From: Fibrobacteria bacterium
Lineage (GTDB): Bacteria > Fibrobacterota > Fibrobacteria > UBA11236 > JADFYW01
Assembly: GCA_050294405.1 (NCBI GenBank)
Contig: JBNKOC010000012.1
Coordinates: 96,001 to 160,000, forward strand
DNA length: 64,000 nucleotides
Direction of reading: 5' to 3'
Part shown: in pieces, positions 39,534 through 49,263 of the stretch
How the letters are laid out: every line of letters starts with the position of its first letter
How positions within the stretch are numbered: the first letter of the stretch is position 1
Made by a program: the position numbers and the translations under genes
Notes under the pieces: model-generated
Seen by the model: the letters and a program-made list of their open reading frames with translations, nothing else
What the model was told of the DNA's origin: nothing
Databases searched by the model: none

Positions 39534-39920
39534 TTAGGATACGGAAATGTTTCTGGCTTTAGCCTCTGGTTTTTTGGGAATAGAAAGTTTGAGGACTCCA
39601 TTTGCGTATTTGGCTTCAATGGATGATGCGTCCAGATTGTGGGCTAATTTCAATTTTCGTTTGTATTCTCCATAGGCGATTTCATTGAAATATTCATTTT
39701 CACCATTGCTATCCACAGGCGATTTTTTAGCTACTACTGTTAACACCTGATTGGAAACGTTGACCTCGATGTTTTCTTTTTCCACACCTGGAATTTCCAA
39801 ATAAACATCCACTTTATCTTCTTTATCCACTGCCTGTGAACGGGGATAGAGAACGGATGTTTCAGTAGAACTATCTCTATAAACTTTGCTTACATTAGGG
39901 TGACCGCATGCTACGTACAT
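39534..39920 (-). CDS. Hsp20/alpha-crystallin small heat-shock protein
   Basis: EIPGVEKENIEV, YGEYKR, IEAKYANGVLKLSIPK. Confidence 0.92.
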   Translation of the reverse strand: MYVACGHPNVSKVYRDSSTETSVLYPRSQAVDKEDKVDVYLEIPGVEKENIEVNVSNQVLTVVAKKSPVDSNGENEYFNEIAYGEYKRKLKLAHNLDASSIEAKYANGVLKLSIPKKPEAKARNISVS

Positions 39921-39960
39921 TTTTTGCTCCTTTTATTGGTTTGTTTTGAAAAGTCAAAAA

Positions 39961-39977
39961 CGCAAAGCCTGTGCCAT
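39961..39977 (-). promoter_or_regulatory. sigma54 promoter of hsp20
   Basis: Minus strand TGGCACAGGCTTTGCG, near-consensus TGGCAC-N5-TTGC, 41 nt upstream of ATG. Confidence 0.8.
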
Positions 39978-40145
39978 TTTTTTAGGGCGCATTTTTAAGC
40001 GTTTTTCCTTATTACCGGCTCAAAAATGGGGAATGTTTCATAAATAGTTGTTTCATATCTCAAATTAGAACATATGGCAATACAAACCCTAAGGTATCCA
40101 ACTTAAATTTTCTATATTTTCAATCTTAAACTCGAGGGGTTCAAA

Positions 40146-40712
40146 ATGATTAATAAAGCTTTTTTTATGGCTGCTTTTCTTCTAAGCCTGTCTCCAATTT
40201 TTGCGTCCGGTAACGATGCATCGGAAGCTGGGGTGGCGACCAGTCCACTTAGCATATATGAGGGCGGAATTAGCGCAGGAGCGTTTTATGCTTTGAATGA
40301 CGAGCTTCGAGACCAATCGGAACAGTTTTTGAAAATCAGTTTTTCTAACTATCTAAACGTGCGCAATAATATGGCTGTTTTTATTGATGCGGATTGGTTT
40401 ATTCCTGAATATAATTTTGGAGCGAAATTGGGTTTTGATTTTTTAGTAGGTTCCGAAGACTTCAAAGCCCTTATTGGAGCCGGAGTAGGGGCTAACCATT
40501 TTGATAAAGGCGAGCCTTTTGGTAAAGAAGTGGGGGCTTCTATCACAGCACATGCCGGCTTTAAAATGGGTCTTACTGAAGGCATGAAAATTAGAGTTAG
40601 AGTTCCATACCATTTGGTTTTGAATTCGCCCCGAGACCAATTGGTAGGCTTAGATGTTTCTTTTTTGTTTGGCTCCCGATGGAGCCATGTTAAGAAGTTA
40701 AACTACCGCTAA
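40146..40712 (+). CDS. Small outer-membrane beta-barrel-like protein (copy A)
   Basis: Signal peptide, amphipathic strands; paralog of 49334-49882 (PLSIY.GG, ELRD.SEQFLK, NFG..LG.DF, G.GVGA..FDK). Confidence 0.7.
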   Translation: MINKAFFMAAFLLSLSPIFASGNDASEAGVATSPLSIYEGGISAGAFYALNDELRDQSEQFLKISFSNYLNVRNNMAVFIDADWFIPEYNFGAKLGFDFLVGSEDFKALIGAGVGANHFDKGEPFGKEVGASITAHAGFKMGLTEGMKIRVRVPYHLVLNSPRDQLVGLDVSFLFGSRWSHVKKLNYR

Positions 40713-40715
40713 TCC

Positions 40716-41261
40716 TTATTTACAAAGGACAGCGGATTTTTGCTGAAGCCAATTCGTGGCCGTTTTTTTTACGTCAGCAATGGCAGCCTCTTCATTGCTG
40801 AAGTAATATTTTCGATTAGAACGACCGGCAAACAGATCTCCATTTTCAGACTTTGATTTGAAAATTTGTGATTGCTGAATTCGCCTTTCTTTTTCTTCCA
40901 TAACAGGAGGAGTGCTTTCCACAGAGTTAGTAGTGACCACGATTAGCTCTTTTTGATAAAGCATGTAATTGATTTCGATAGTAGCCTCGTATGTGCGAAC
41001 ATGATCCTTTTTATTGTTGTCGCCATTGATGCCTTTTAAAAATTGGGTATTGGCCTTTACATCGGCAACCAGAGAAGAAGCATCGGGCAAAGATTCGATA
41101 CACTCTTCCAGCAATTCCTTACTCACTCTGGACTTTCCATCGGCTGAAGTTTGAGCGTTAATAATGGTAACCTTTTTCTTTTCAGTTTCCCCTTGGATAC
41201 CTGGGACAATGCCAAAGCAAACCAGGCTAATAATGGCGATGGATTTTAGATTTTGACGCAT
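40716..41261 (-). CDS. Exported hypothetical protein (copy A)
   Basis: Signal peptide; LLEECIE, NGDLFAGRSNRKYYFS, AVLC shared with 49898-50434; ATG 41261 has a GAGG SD. Confidence 0.7.
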   Translation of the reverse strand: MRQNLKSIAIISLVCFGIVPGIQGETEKKKVTIINAQTSADGKSRVSKELLEECIESLPDASSLVADVKANTQFLKGINGDNNKKDHVRTYEATIEINYMLYQKELIVVTTNSVESTPPVMEEKERRIQQSQIFKSKSENGDLFAGRSNRKYYFSNEEAAIADVKKTATNWLQQKSAVLCK

Positions 41262-41489
41262 ATAAATACCTCGTTTAGAAATAAGAAAAGCGGCCATATT
41301 GCAAAGGGCCTTTTTATTCCAAGAACACCGTTAATAATGTAGTTAAAATAGCCCTTCCAGGTGGGAGTCTGCAAAAATTATTTATATTTTGCCATAGGAA
41401 GGATGAGTTTTGCTTGGAACAGGATTTAAACTTTGAATTCAAAACAATTTTAATGAAAACGTGCCCATTTTACTTAAGGAGGCTGATAA

Positions 41490-42089
41490 ATGCGCCAGGT
41501 AATGTTTAAAACTGTAACAGGAATTCTTTTGCTGGGCCTGGTTGTGGGTTGTGGTAAAAAAGTATCCAGGGTACAGTCCGATTCCACTATTGATTTATCG
41601 GGGCGATGGAATGACACGGATTCCCGTCTCGTGGCGGAAGAAATGATAAAAGACTGCCTATCCAGACCTTGGTTGAACAAGTATGCCGCCGATAAAACCA
41701 ATCCAAGAGTAATAGTTGGGAAAATATCCAATAAAAGCCACGAACATATTAGCGTGGAAACTTTTGCAAAGGATATTGAAAGGGCCCTTCTCAATTCCGG
41801 AAAAGTGGACTTTGTGGCCAGTAAAAACGAAAGAACTCAAATGCGTGAAGAAGTGGCGGATATGCAAAGTAACGCTTCTGCCGAAACAGCAAAATCCGCA
41901 GGAGAAGAGTTGGCCGCAGATCTAATGTTAATTGGAACCATTAATACAATTGTGGACCAGGAAGGTAAAAAAGCGGTTTTGTTTTATCAGGTGGATATGG
42001 AGCTGATAGAATTGGAAAGCAATTCAAAAAAATGGATTGGAGAAAAGAAAATCAAAAAGTACGTAGAACGCTCCAGCACCAAATTTTAA
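41490..42089 (+). CDS. lpoB: LpoB-like lipoprotein (copy A)
   Basis: Lipobox VVGC; IDLSGRWNDTDSRLVAE, NKSHEHI, ALLNSGKV, ADLMLIGTI. Confidence 0.75.
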   Translation: MRQVMFKTVTGILLLGLVVGCGKKVSRVQSDSTIDLSGRWNDTDSRLVAEEMIKDCLSRPWLNKYAADKTNPRVIVGKISNKSHEHISVETFAKDIERALLNSGKVDFVASKNERTQMREEVADMQSNASAETAKSAGEELAADLMLIGTINTIVDQEGKKAVLFYQVDMELIELESNSKKWIGEKKIKKYVERSSTKF

Positions 42090-42152
42090 ATATTTGATAA
42101 ATGGATTAGCCTTAGGGCTTTTCCATTATCCCAATCGCAATGGATTAAAAAA

Positions 42153-43607
42153 ATGGCGCTTGTTTTTAAAAAAGCACGGCTGGCAGGGTTATTCATAGCT
42201 CTGTCGTTGTTCTTTGTTTCCTGTGCCACCAGAGCGCAAAAAAGATTTGAGCAATTGGGAAAAGCTACAGAATCTGGAAATTATGCCAAGGCCATAAACA
42301 CTGTTCAAAAGAAAAAGGATTTGTATGGGAAAACAAATCGCCTGCTTTGGTACATGGACATAGGTATTTTGTTTCATTACGATGAGAAATACGACTCCTC
42401 CAACATATATCTGGAACAAGCGCTCCAAACTTATGATGAGCTTTTTACTAAGTCCATAACTAATGAGGCGGCCTCTCTTATTACCAATGACAACATACGG
42501 CCTTATAGAAGCAAGCCTTATGAAATAATATTGGTGCACATGGTAAAGGCTCTGAATTATCAGGCTCTTGGAGATGCGGAGGCCGCATTGGTGGAAACCC
42601 GAAGAGCCCAGCTTTTGTTCAATGAATTTGACAGAAAATATAAGGATGGGGAGAAGTACCACAGTGATGGTATGTTCCATTATCTTTCTTATTTGAATTA
42701 CGATGCGATTGGCGAAACAGACAATGCTATGATTTCTCTTTTTAAAGCGGTGGAAGCTTATCAAAAAGGAGTTGTTTCCCTTCCCAACTATGTATCGGAC
42801 AATGCCGCCCGAATGCTGAAAATAAACGACCGGGAATCAGATGTGGAACTCTTAAAAATCGGCTCGGCGCAAGGTAAAAGTCCGTTGCCAAAAATCGATA
42901 ACGGACAAACAGAAATCATTTTTATTGGCAATGCGGGAAAAGGCCCTGTTTTGCAGGAAGAAGTTTGGTGGGGGACCTATGTGCGCGATGGGCTTTTAGT
43001 GGTGAACCATACTGGCCCAGATGGGAAAAATGAAACAATGTCATTGCCAGCACCTGGGCTTCCCCCAAAGGAAATAGAAAAGGCTCAAAAGGGGAAAAAA
43101 ACTTTGTCGGGCACTACTTTTCACATTAAGTTTTCCATGCCTCAATTGCAAATACGCCCCTCTCTTACGGAATATTTCACAGTCAACCACTCCTCTTTTT
43201 CTAAGCCCCAAAAATCCGTAGTGTTAAATAACTACGATAAACTGGCTCTGCAAAATATGGAGGACACTAAAAACGCCACCTTATTAAGGACTGTTATACG
43301 CGTGGTTTTGCGAACTATTTCCGCGCAAAAAACAAAAGGGGCTTTGACCACAAATAATCCCCTGGCTAATTTGGCGTTGAGTATTGGAACTGATATTATG
43401 GCTGACCAATTGGAAAAGGCGGATACCAGAAGCTGTTTTTTAATTCCAAAAACCATGCAAATGCTTCGAATCCCAGTAGAACCCGGGCTTCACAAAATTG
43501 AAGTTAAAGCCCATAGCAAATCGGGAGTTCTGAGCAGCAAAACCTTTGAAAATATCCAAGTTAAAAAAGGCCAAAAACGCTTTGTTTTTCTTTCTTCTAT
43601 CCGCTAA
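42153..43607 (+). CDS. COG3014-type TPR lipoprotein
   Basis: Lipobox FVSC; NDNIRPY...YE, ALVETRR, EKADTRS; follows the LpoB-like gene. Confidence 0.72.
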   Translation: MALVFKKARLAGLFIALSLFFVSCATRAQKRFEQLGKATESGNYAKAINTVQKKKDLYGKTNRLLWYMDIGILFHYDEKYDSSNIYLEQALQTYDELFTKSITNEAASLITNDNIRPYRSKPYEIILVHMVKALNYQALGDAEAALVETRRAQLLFNEFDRKYKDGEKYHSDGMFHYLSYLNYDAIGETDNAMISLFKAVEAYQKGVVSLPNYVSDNAARMLKINDRESDVELLKIGSAQGKSPLPKIDNGQTEIIFIGNAGKGPVLQEEVWWGTYVRDGLLVVNHTGPDGKNETMSLPAPGLPPKEIEKAQKGKKTLSGTTFHIKFSMPQLQIRPSLTEYFTVNHSSFSKPQKSVVLNNYDKLALQNMEDTKNATLLRTVIRVVLRTISAQKTKGALTTNNPLANLALSIGTDIMADQLEKADTRSCFLIPKTMQMLRIPVEPGLHKIEVKAHSKSGVLSSKTFENIQVKKGQKRFVFLSSIR

Positions 43608-43703
43608 AGGCCAAAGTTTACTTCCGGTAAATGAGGGTTTTGGCGATTGAAAGAGCGATGTATAATGGCCTGGAAGCGTTTTTTGCAGATTCTCCAAAAA
43701 AAA

Positions 43704-43733
43704 TGAGCGGATTTTTTGGGCCAAAGCGTTCTA
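43704..43733 (+). promoter_or_regulatory. Putative ECF sigma promoter (autoregulatory)
   Basis: TGAGCG-N16-GCGTTCTA directly before the ECF gene; same motif and spacing at 49264. Confidence 0.6.
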
Positions 43734-43746
43734 TATTTAACGGATT

Positions 43747-44244
43747 ATGAATAGTACCAGTCTCGAAAAGGCGATTGAGGAGGCCTATAAAGCCTATGCC
43801 TCATTAGTACACCGTCGTTGCTATGCTATTCTGAAATCCGAAGATGAAGCCTGGGACATCACCCAGGAGGTCTTTATGAAACTATGGAAACACTACAATA
43901 AAATTCAGGAAAAGGCGGCGCTTTTAAGCTGGCTGTATAGAGTTAGTACGAATCTGTGTATTAGTCGGTTGCGTAAAAAGTCAGCCATTGAGTTGGATCC
44001 CAACATACCTGACAGTAAAGCCGATTCCGGAGAAAAGCAACTTGTGCTAAAGGAAATAATGGAAAAACTGATGAAGCCTTGGAATGAAAAGGTTCGCCAG
44101 GCCGTGGTATATATATACATCGATGGGTATAACCAGGAAGAGTGTGCAAAACTAATGGGGGTGGGCGAATCCACCCTGCGCAGGTATCTTACCAAATTTA
44201 AAAGGCTTTCGAAAAATTTGGATATCGCGTATTTGGAGGGTTAG
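43747..44244 (+). CDS. ECF-type RNA polymerase sigma factor
   Basis: EAWDITQEVFMKLW, SWLYRVSTNLC, DGYNQEECAKLMGV.ESTLRR. Confidence 0.92.
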   Translation: MNSTSLEKAIEEAYKAYASLVHRRCYAILKSEDEAWDITQEVFMKLWKHYNKIQEKAALLSWLYRVSTNLCISRLRKKSAIELDPNIPDSKADSGEKQLVLKEIMEKLMKPWNEKVRQAVVYIYIDGYNQEECAKLMGVGESTLRRYLTKFKRLSKNLDIAYLEG

Positions 44245-44245
44245 G

Positions 44246-45025
44246 ATGAATTGCAAAAATGCTCAAAAATTAAAAATTGAACGCTGGCTTTCCGGAGAAA
44301 TCCAGGGAGAAGCATACATAGAATTTTCGGAACATTTGGATCACTGTGAAGCCTGTCAGGCTTATCGCGTAGAATTGGAACGGGAAAAACAGGACTTTTT
44401 ATTAAAACACTCCTTTGCTTCATTCACCAAAAACAATCCGGAATTTTTAAACAAGCAAAAAACCAGGGAGTGGAGCTGGAAACATTGGGCAGTGCCTGTG
44501 GCCGCCAGTATTGTGGTAGCTTTGTTTTTATTGCCTACCCGCGTAGAAATTGAAAAACAAAATACACCGGATATTATATACAAGGGAAAAGAAAACTTAA
44601 GCTTGGTAGTTCGCCGAGGGGCGGATATTTTTCCAGCGGGTGATAAATATCATTTTCAGGGGGGAGATGAAGTCCAGTTTATGGTTCCAAAATCCTATTT
44701 GAAATACCGATATCAGATGATGTTAAGTTTGGATAGTCTTGGTGTGCTCTCTCAATACCCGCCCGACTTTGAAAGACTCTCGGACATAATGGATAGTTCC
44801 AGCTCCAGCTATCCCTTTCCCCAAACAATGATACTGGATGATGCCCCTGGCTTTGAAATTGCATTTTTACTTTTTTCCGACAGTGCAATTAGTCTGGATA
44901 CATGGGTATCTGGAATTATGGATGTATTTAACAACAATAAAGACCCCCAGGTTATTCAAGAAAAGGTTAAGTCCCTGGTGGACGAGGAGCATCTGAAATT
45001 GCTGACTGTAGCTTTGGATAAATAA
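44246..45025 (+). CDS. Zinc-binding (ZAS) transmembrane anti-sigma factor
   Basis: HLDHCEAC, single TM, then YKG and an extracytoplasmic domain. Confidence 0.85.
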   Translation: MNCKNAQKLKIERWLSGEIQGEAYIEFSEHLDHCEACQAYRVELEREKQDFLLKHSFASFTKNNPEFLNKQKTREWSWKHWAVPVAASIVVALFLLPTRVEIEKQNTPDIIYKGKENLSLVVRRGADIFPAGDKYHFQGGDEVQFMVPKSYLKYRYQMMLSLDSLGVLSQYPPDFERLSDIMDSSSSSYPFPQTMILDDAPGFEIAFLLFSDSAISLDTWVSGIMDVFNNNKDPQVIQEKVKSLVDEEHLKLLTVALDK

Positions 45026-46558
45026 TTGATGTTTATTAAGCATATATTCATAAGTTTTTTGCTTGGACTGGCATCCCTTTCTATGGCGAATAAATATGCC
45101 TTGGTGGTGGGCCATAATCTGGGAAATGAAGATACCACTCCATTGCGGTACGGCCAAGCCGATGCCAGCCGTTTTGCCCAAGTTTTGCAGGAGTTAGCAG
45201 GTTTTCTAAAGGACGATATTCACCTGCTTTTAGCTCCCACTCCCAAGCAGTTGAAAGAGAAGCTAACTCAGCTGAAAACACAAATTGCGAAAACAAATTC
45301 CGACGAGGCAGATATGTTTTTGCTTTATTATTCGGGACATGCCGATGGAAACGGACTTCAACTCAGCTCGGAATCCTATTCCTTTGAATTGTTAAAATCC
45401 GAATTAAATAACATACCCACAAAGGTAAGAATTGGAATTTTTGATGCCTGCCAAAGTGGGGTGTTGACTCGTTCTAAAGGAGCTAAAGCCGGGCGTCCTT
45501 TTTATTTAGAAAACCAGGACCCTGTGGAAGGTACGATTCTGATTGCGTCAAGCTCGGCCTCGGAGCAGGCTCAGGAATCAGAATCGCTTAAAAGCTCCAT
45601 ATTTTCTCACCATTGGTTAAATGGGCTCCGGGGAAGTGCTGATTTTAGCGAAGATGGGGCCGTTACATTATCTGAAGCCTATCAGTATGCCTATAGAAAA
45701 ACAGTGGAAACCACAGCCCTTTTGGGAGGAAAAATACAGCACCCCACTTACGAATTTAAAATCCAGGGTCGTGGAGAAATTATCCTAACGCAAATGAATA
45801 AGGCCCCTCAGGGGGTTATGTTAACAGAGCCCATGGAAGGGGCCCATCTTTTACTTAGCCAGGATTATTCAGATATTCTAGCTGACTTTCATAAGAAACA
45901 GGGCAGTAATATGTTTATTCCTCTAAAAGAAGGGGATTATGTATTGATTCAATCTGATGGCAGCCAAGCCAAGTTTTATCAATTTACTTTGGGGCCCAAA
46001 GAAAAAAAGAATATCTATAATGAAAATTTAAAGTTAAGTCCCTCCGATTGGACCCGCCTTAAAGGCAGCCGTCCCGAATTAGAGCAAAAAATTGAAAAAA
46101 TCGGAAAGCCTCTTTCCCGCTGGAGTGTGGGAGGGGCCTTGGGAACATCTGGAATTGTTAACCAAGAGGAACTATCTGAAAAATTGAATCTTCATTTTCA
46201 GGCTGCGGGCGGGTATTATGTGAATAAGGAGTTTGATGTGAAGGCATGGCTCGATTATTTATATCCCGAAAATAAAATGAGATTTATATGGGGTTTATCC
46301 ACTGGCTATGACAACTTCTATTTTGATTTGGGGCTTGGCTTGGGTTTTTTTACCAAAAATTTTGGAGACAAAAATAAAATTTTTCCCGGTATCGCCACGG
46401 CTTTGGGTTACACAATTTCTCTTAACTCGTCTTTTGATCTGAATCTGGGACTGACTTCAAACTTAGATCTCCGTGACGAAATTGCCGTAGCTGTTGGCGT
46501 ACAAGTAAACTTAATGTACTTAGGTAAATTCAGAAATATTTACACATTAGCTTACTGA
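45026..46558 (+). CDS. Exported caspase-family (C14) peptidase with probable C-terminal beta-barrel
   Basis: Signal peptide; ALVVGHN, LRYGQADA, YYSGHAD (His), DACQSG (Cys), DGAVTLSEAY.Y, QHP. Confidence 0.85.
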   Translation: MMFIKHIFISFLLGLASLSMANKYALVVGHNLGNEDTTPLRYGQADASRFAQVLQELAGFLKDDIHLLLAPTPKQLKEKLTQLKTQIAKTNSDEADMFLLYYSGHADGNGLQLSSESYSFELLKSELNNIPTKVRIGIFDACQSGVLTRSKGAKAGRPFYLENQDPVEGTILIASSSASEQAQESESLKSSIFSHHWLNGLRGSADFSEDGAVTLSEAYQYAYRKTVETTALLGGKIQHPTYEFKIQGRGEIILTQMNKAPQGVMLTEPMEGAHLLLSQDYSDILADFHKKQGSNMFIPLKEGDYVLIQSDGSQAKFYQFTLGPKEKKNIYNENLKLSPSDWTRLKGSRPELEQKIEKIGKPLSRWSVGGALGTSGIVNQEELSEKLNLHFQAAGGYYVNKEFDVKAWLDYLYPENKMRFIWGLSTGYDNFYFDLGLGLGFFTKNFGDKNKIFPGIATALGYTISLNSSFDLNLGLTSNLDLRDEIAVAVGVQVNLMYLGKFRNIYTLAY

Positions 46559-46579
46559 TATTGTCAGCAATGAAATCTT

Positions 46580-46801
46580 TTATGTATCTGACTTCACTGT
46601 AACCAAAATAGCTTCGTTCTGGTATTCTACTTTTTGTCCCGGCCTGATTTTACATCGTTTTCTGGTTTCGATTGTTCCGTCTAACTTTACCATTTGGTTT
46701 TCGATAATTTGCTTGGCTTGTCCACCGGTGCGACACCAGCCACAGGCTTTAAGGAGTTTGCAAAGCTCTATGTATTCAGTATTTAACTCGAATTTTTCCA
46801 T
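46580..46801 (-). CDS. S4-domain RNA-binding protein (YbcJ/YaaA-like)
   Basis: EYIELCKLLK, TGGQAK, ETRKRCKI. Confidence 0.9.
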   Translation of the reverse strand: MEKFELNTEYIELCKLLKACGWCRTGGQAKQIIENQMVKLDGTIETRKRCKIRPGQKVEYQNEAILVTVKSDT

Positions 46802-46935
46802 GGAACGAAGGAAAATAGCATTTTTGAACACAATTCTGGTCCTGGATATTTAAAAAGCTGTTCATTTTTCCCCGATTTCTTCTAAATGGAATTATTCTTT
46901 ATTTTAGCACTGTTAAATTGTAGAATGGTAAAACT

Positions 46936-48090
46936 ATGCGTAATAAATCGGGAAAAATAATAGCGGCTATTTTAGTATTGCTTTTAACTGCTTCCACTTA
47001 TTCTCAGGAAGAGGATAAGGATTTACAGGAGCAGCTTTTAACTATCGGGGCAGATGCCGCGCCAAGATATATGTTGCCCTTTATGGAAATTATTGGCACA
47101 GGCTTAAACAATGGATGGTACAAATCATCCAAAAAAATAAGCATGTTTGGTTTGCCAGTGGGCATTAGTGCGGCCTCTTTTGCATTGACAGGGGGGAAAG
47201 TTACAGAATCCATGAAAACCTTCGATTTTTCTGGGTCTTTGTACATTCGGGGTATTGTGGAAAGCCAGATAGAAGAAGAGTTCGCTTTTTTATCCCAGGA
47301 CATGAAGGACAGCATTTTAGAAGCCTTTCCCGAAACTGTGGAATTCGAAAAAAATAACGTACCCACCATTTTCGGGGCCACTGAGCCTGAGTCCCTAACC
47401 ATTGCAGAACTACTGGAAGAATACCCTGAGGCCTATGAAACCATAGAACAGATAAATCCCGAATTGGCTGCATCGGGGCTTCCCCTACCCTTTATAGGCA
47501 TTATTCCCACAGATTATTGGGCTGCCTTACCTAACATTAATTTTATCACGGTAGGTTTAACCAAACTGCCAATTATAGATAACATTCAAATTGGACTAAG
47601 TTATATTCCAGAGTTTGAAGATGAAGTGGAGCATTTGGGAACTGTTAAATTCAATTATTTAAGTTATAAAATCCAGCATGAATTTACTCCGTTCTTGCCA
47701 GTATTGAACAAGTTTGGTTTCTTACACACATCCTGGTTTTTCGCATCCAATAACATCAGCCTTGATGTGGATAATGTACTAATGGATTTGAACTGCTGGA
47801 ATGCTATGTTGCATACCTCCGTGGACTTCAAGTTTTTATTGGTTTTAGGAATTGGTGCCTATGTTGGTGCTGGTTTCGAAAGCAATTCCATGGATATTGA
47901 AGTGAAAAAGCTATCAGGGCTTCCTGGATTGCCAGGCTTTAAATTGAGTATGGAACCCAAAAGAAGCCCCAAAACCCAAATAGGGGCCCGGCTTTCCGTA
48001 CTAAATTTTGATGTGTGGGGAGAATACAATATAGGGGATTTAAATTCCTATACAATTGGGGTTACCCTGCTTTCCCTGGATGGCCTGTAA
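46936..48090 (+). CDS. Exported hypothetical protein, probable outer-membrane protein
   Basis: Signal peptide, GLNNGWY, PTIFG, beta-strand-rich C-terminus. Confidence 0.6.
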   Translation: MRNKSGKIIAAILVLLLTASTYSQEEDKDLQEQLLTIGADAAPRYMLPFMEIIGTGLNNGWYKSSKKISMFGLPVGISAASFALTGGKVTESMKTFDFSGSLYIRGIVESQIEEEFAFLSQDMKDSILEAFPETVEFEKNNVPTIFGATEPESLTIAELLEEYPEAYETIEQINPELAASGLPLPFIGIIPTDYWAALPNINFITVGLTKLPIIDNIQIGLSYIPEFEDEVEHLGTVKFNYLSYKIQHEFTPFLPVLNKFGFLHTSWFFASNNISLDVDNVLMDLNCWNAMLHTSVDFKFLLVLGIGAYVGAGFESNSMDIEVKKLSGLPGLPGFKLSMEPKRSPKTQIGARLSVLNFDVWGEYNIGDLNSYTIGVTLLSLDGL

Positions 48091-48226
48091 CTCATAATTG
48101 TTGACCTGCATAGGCCAGTTTTTAGCCTTTATTTTTAAAAATTTGAGAATAGTTTGAGCTTTTTTAGGGCGTACAATTCAAAAATTCCATTTTATGAATT
48201 GAAAAAAGATTAAATCTGGCTATGTT

Positions 48227-48688
48227 TTGAGTATGCTCAGGCTATGTTTAACAACCTTTTGCGCCCTCATTTTCATGAGCTATGGAGCCGAGGAGGTTAC
48301 TCCCGCTTATGAAATTCGGGATGATGGCATATTTCTATTCCTGAAAATCAGCAACGAGCAAGAACACGATAAAACAATTCGATACGACAAGAATTCCGTA
48401 ATTTCCTTTTCCTTAAAATGCAAAGAGAAAGATGTGGCTGGCATACATTACACCCAGCCCAATCTTGATTGCGAAGAATATCACAATAATCCTTCAAGCT
48501 TTGAAAACTATAGTGATGCTCAATTAAAAAAAGTTGAAAAAATTTGCGGGGGAAAATTAGCTAATCAAGATGTTATTCCTTCTAAATCCACAAAAAATAT
48601 TTTTATACAACGGCTCCGATATAAAGCAAATTATTGCGATTCCCTAAAAGTGGATTTGGATCTTAATTATAGCAAAGTGGAATATTGA
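48227..48688 (+). CDS. Exported Cys-containing hypothetical protein
   Basis: Signal-like N-terminus, four Cys in the mature part. Confidence 0.6.
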   Translation: MSMLRLCLTTFCALIFMSYGAEEVTPAYEIRDDGIFLFLKISNEQEHDKTIRYDKNSVISFSLKCKEKDVAGIHYTQPNLDCEEYHNNPSSFENYSDAQLKKVEKICGGKLANQDVIPSKSTKNIFIQRLRYKANYCDSLKVDLDLNYSKVEY

Positions 48689-48719
48689 ATTTTTGCCTTA
48701 AAGGGCTTTAAATAATTCG

Positions 48720-49163
48720 CTAACAAACTACCGCCTCAGAAAAAACTTTTTTTTCTGAAAAGTCAGATAAAAATACGGGTTGGCTTAACTCACCCTCGGT
48801 AATTTTTAAAATACTCTCAAAAAGCTGCGGGAATTTTGGACAGCTGTGCATGGCCAGACAGTCCAAAACCCGCAGCTGGGTGGTTGCGCGATTAATAATT
48901 GCGGCGCCCCTATTAATGGGCAAACGACCGATACCACCCAATTCAAGCTTCTTTCCAAATTTATAGCTTAAAATAAACGCATCTTCCAAAATTATTTGAA
49001 AAGAATCCAGTTGGAAATTTTCATCAATCCATACATATAAATCAATTTCGTTCCCTTCCAATAACATCCGTTTAAGGCTTGGTTGGTAGGGAAAACAATA
49101 AAGCTCAGGAAAAAATTTCAGCTCGTTTTTTGATTCCAGTTTTTCCTTATTGTTCGTGTTCAT
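48720..49163 (-). CDS. Hypothetical protein
   Basis: 147-aa ORF filling the gap. Confidence 0.6.
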   Translation of the reverse strand: MNTNNKEKLESKNELKFFPELYCFPYQPSLKRMLLEGNEIDLYVWIDENFQLDSFQIILEDAFILSYKFGKKLELGGIGRLPINRGAAIINRATTQLRVLDCLAMHSCPKFPQLFESILKITEGELSQPVFLSDFSEKKVFSEAVVC

Positions 49164-49197
49164 ATTAATGAATCTATAAAACTCCTGATTAAAATTT

Positions 49198-49241
49198 CGT
49201 GATCTCTATCACAGCAAAAGAGAGGTTTGAGCGAGATCACA
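49198..49241. promoter_or_regulatory. Two tandem CRP/FNR-family-like sites
   Basis: CGTGA-TCTCTA-TCACA (49198-49213) and TTTGA-GCGAGA-TCACA (49226-49241) versus TGTGA-N6-TCACA. Confidence 0.55.
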
Positions 49242-49263
49242 TTTTTATTTCCCTGCAAAACAG

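Noticed and set aside
48154..48172. TGAGCT...GCGT as a third ECF promoter
   Set aside because: Spacing far shorter than 16 nt
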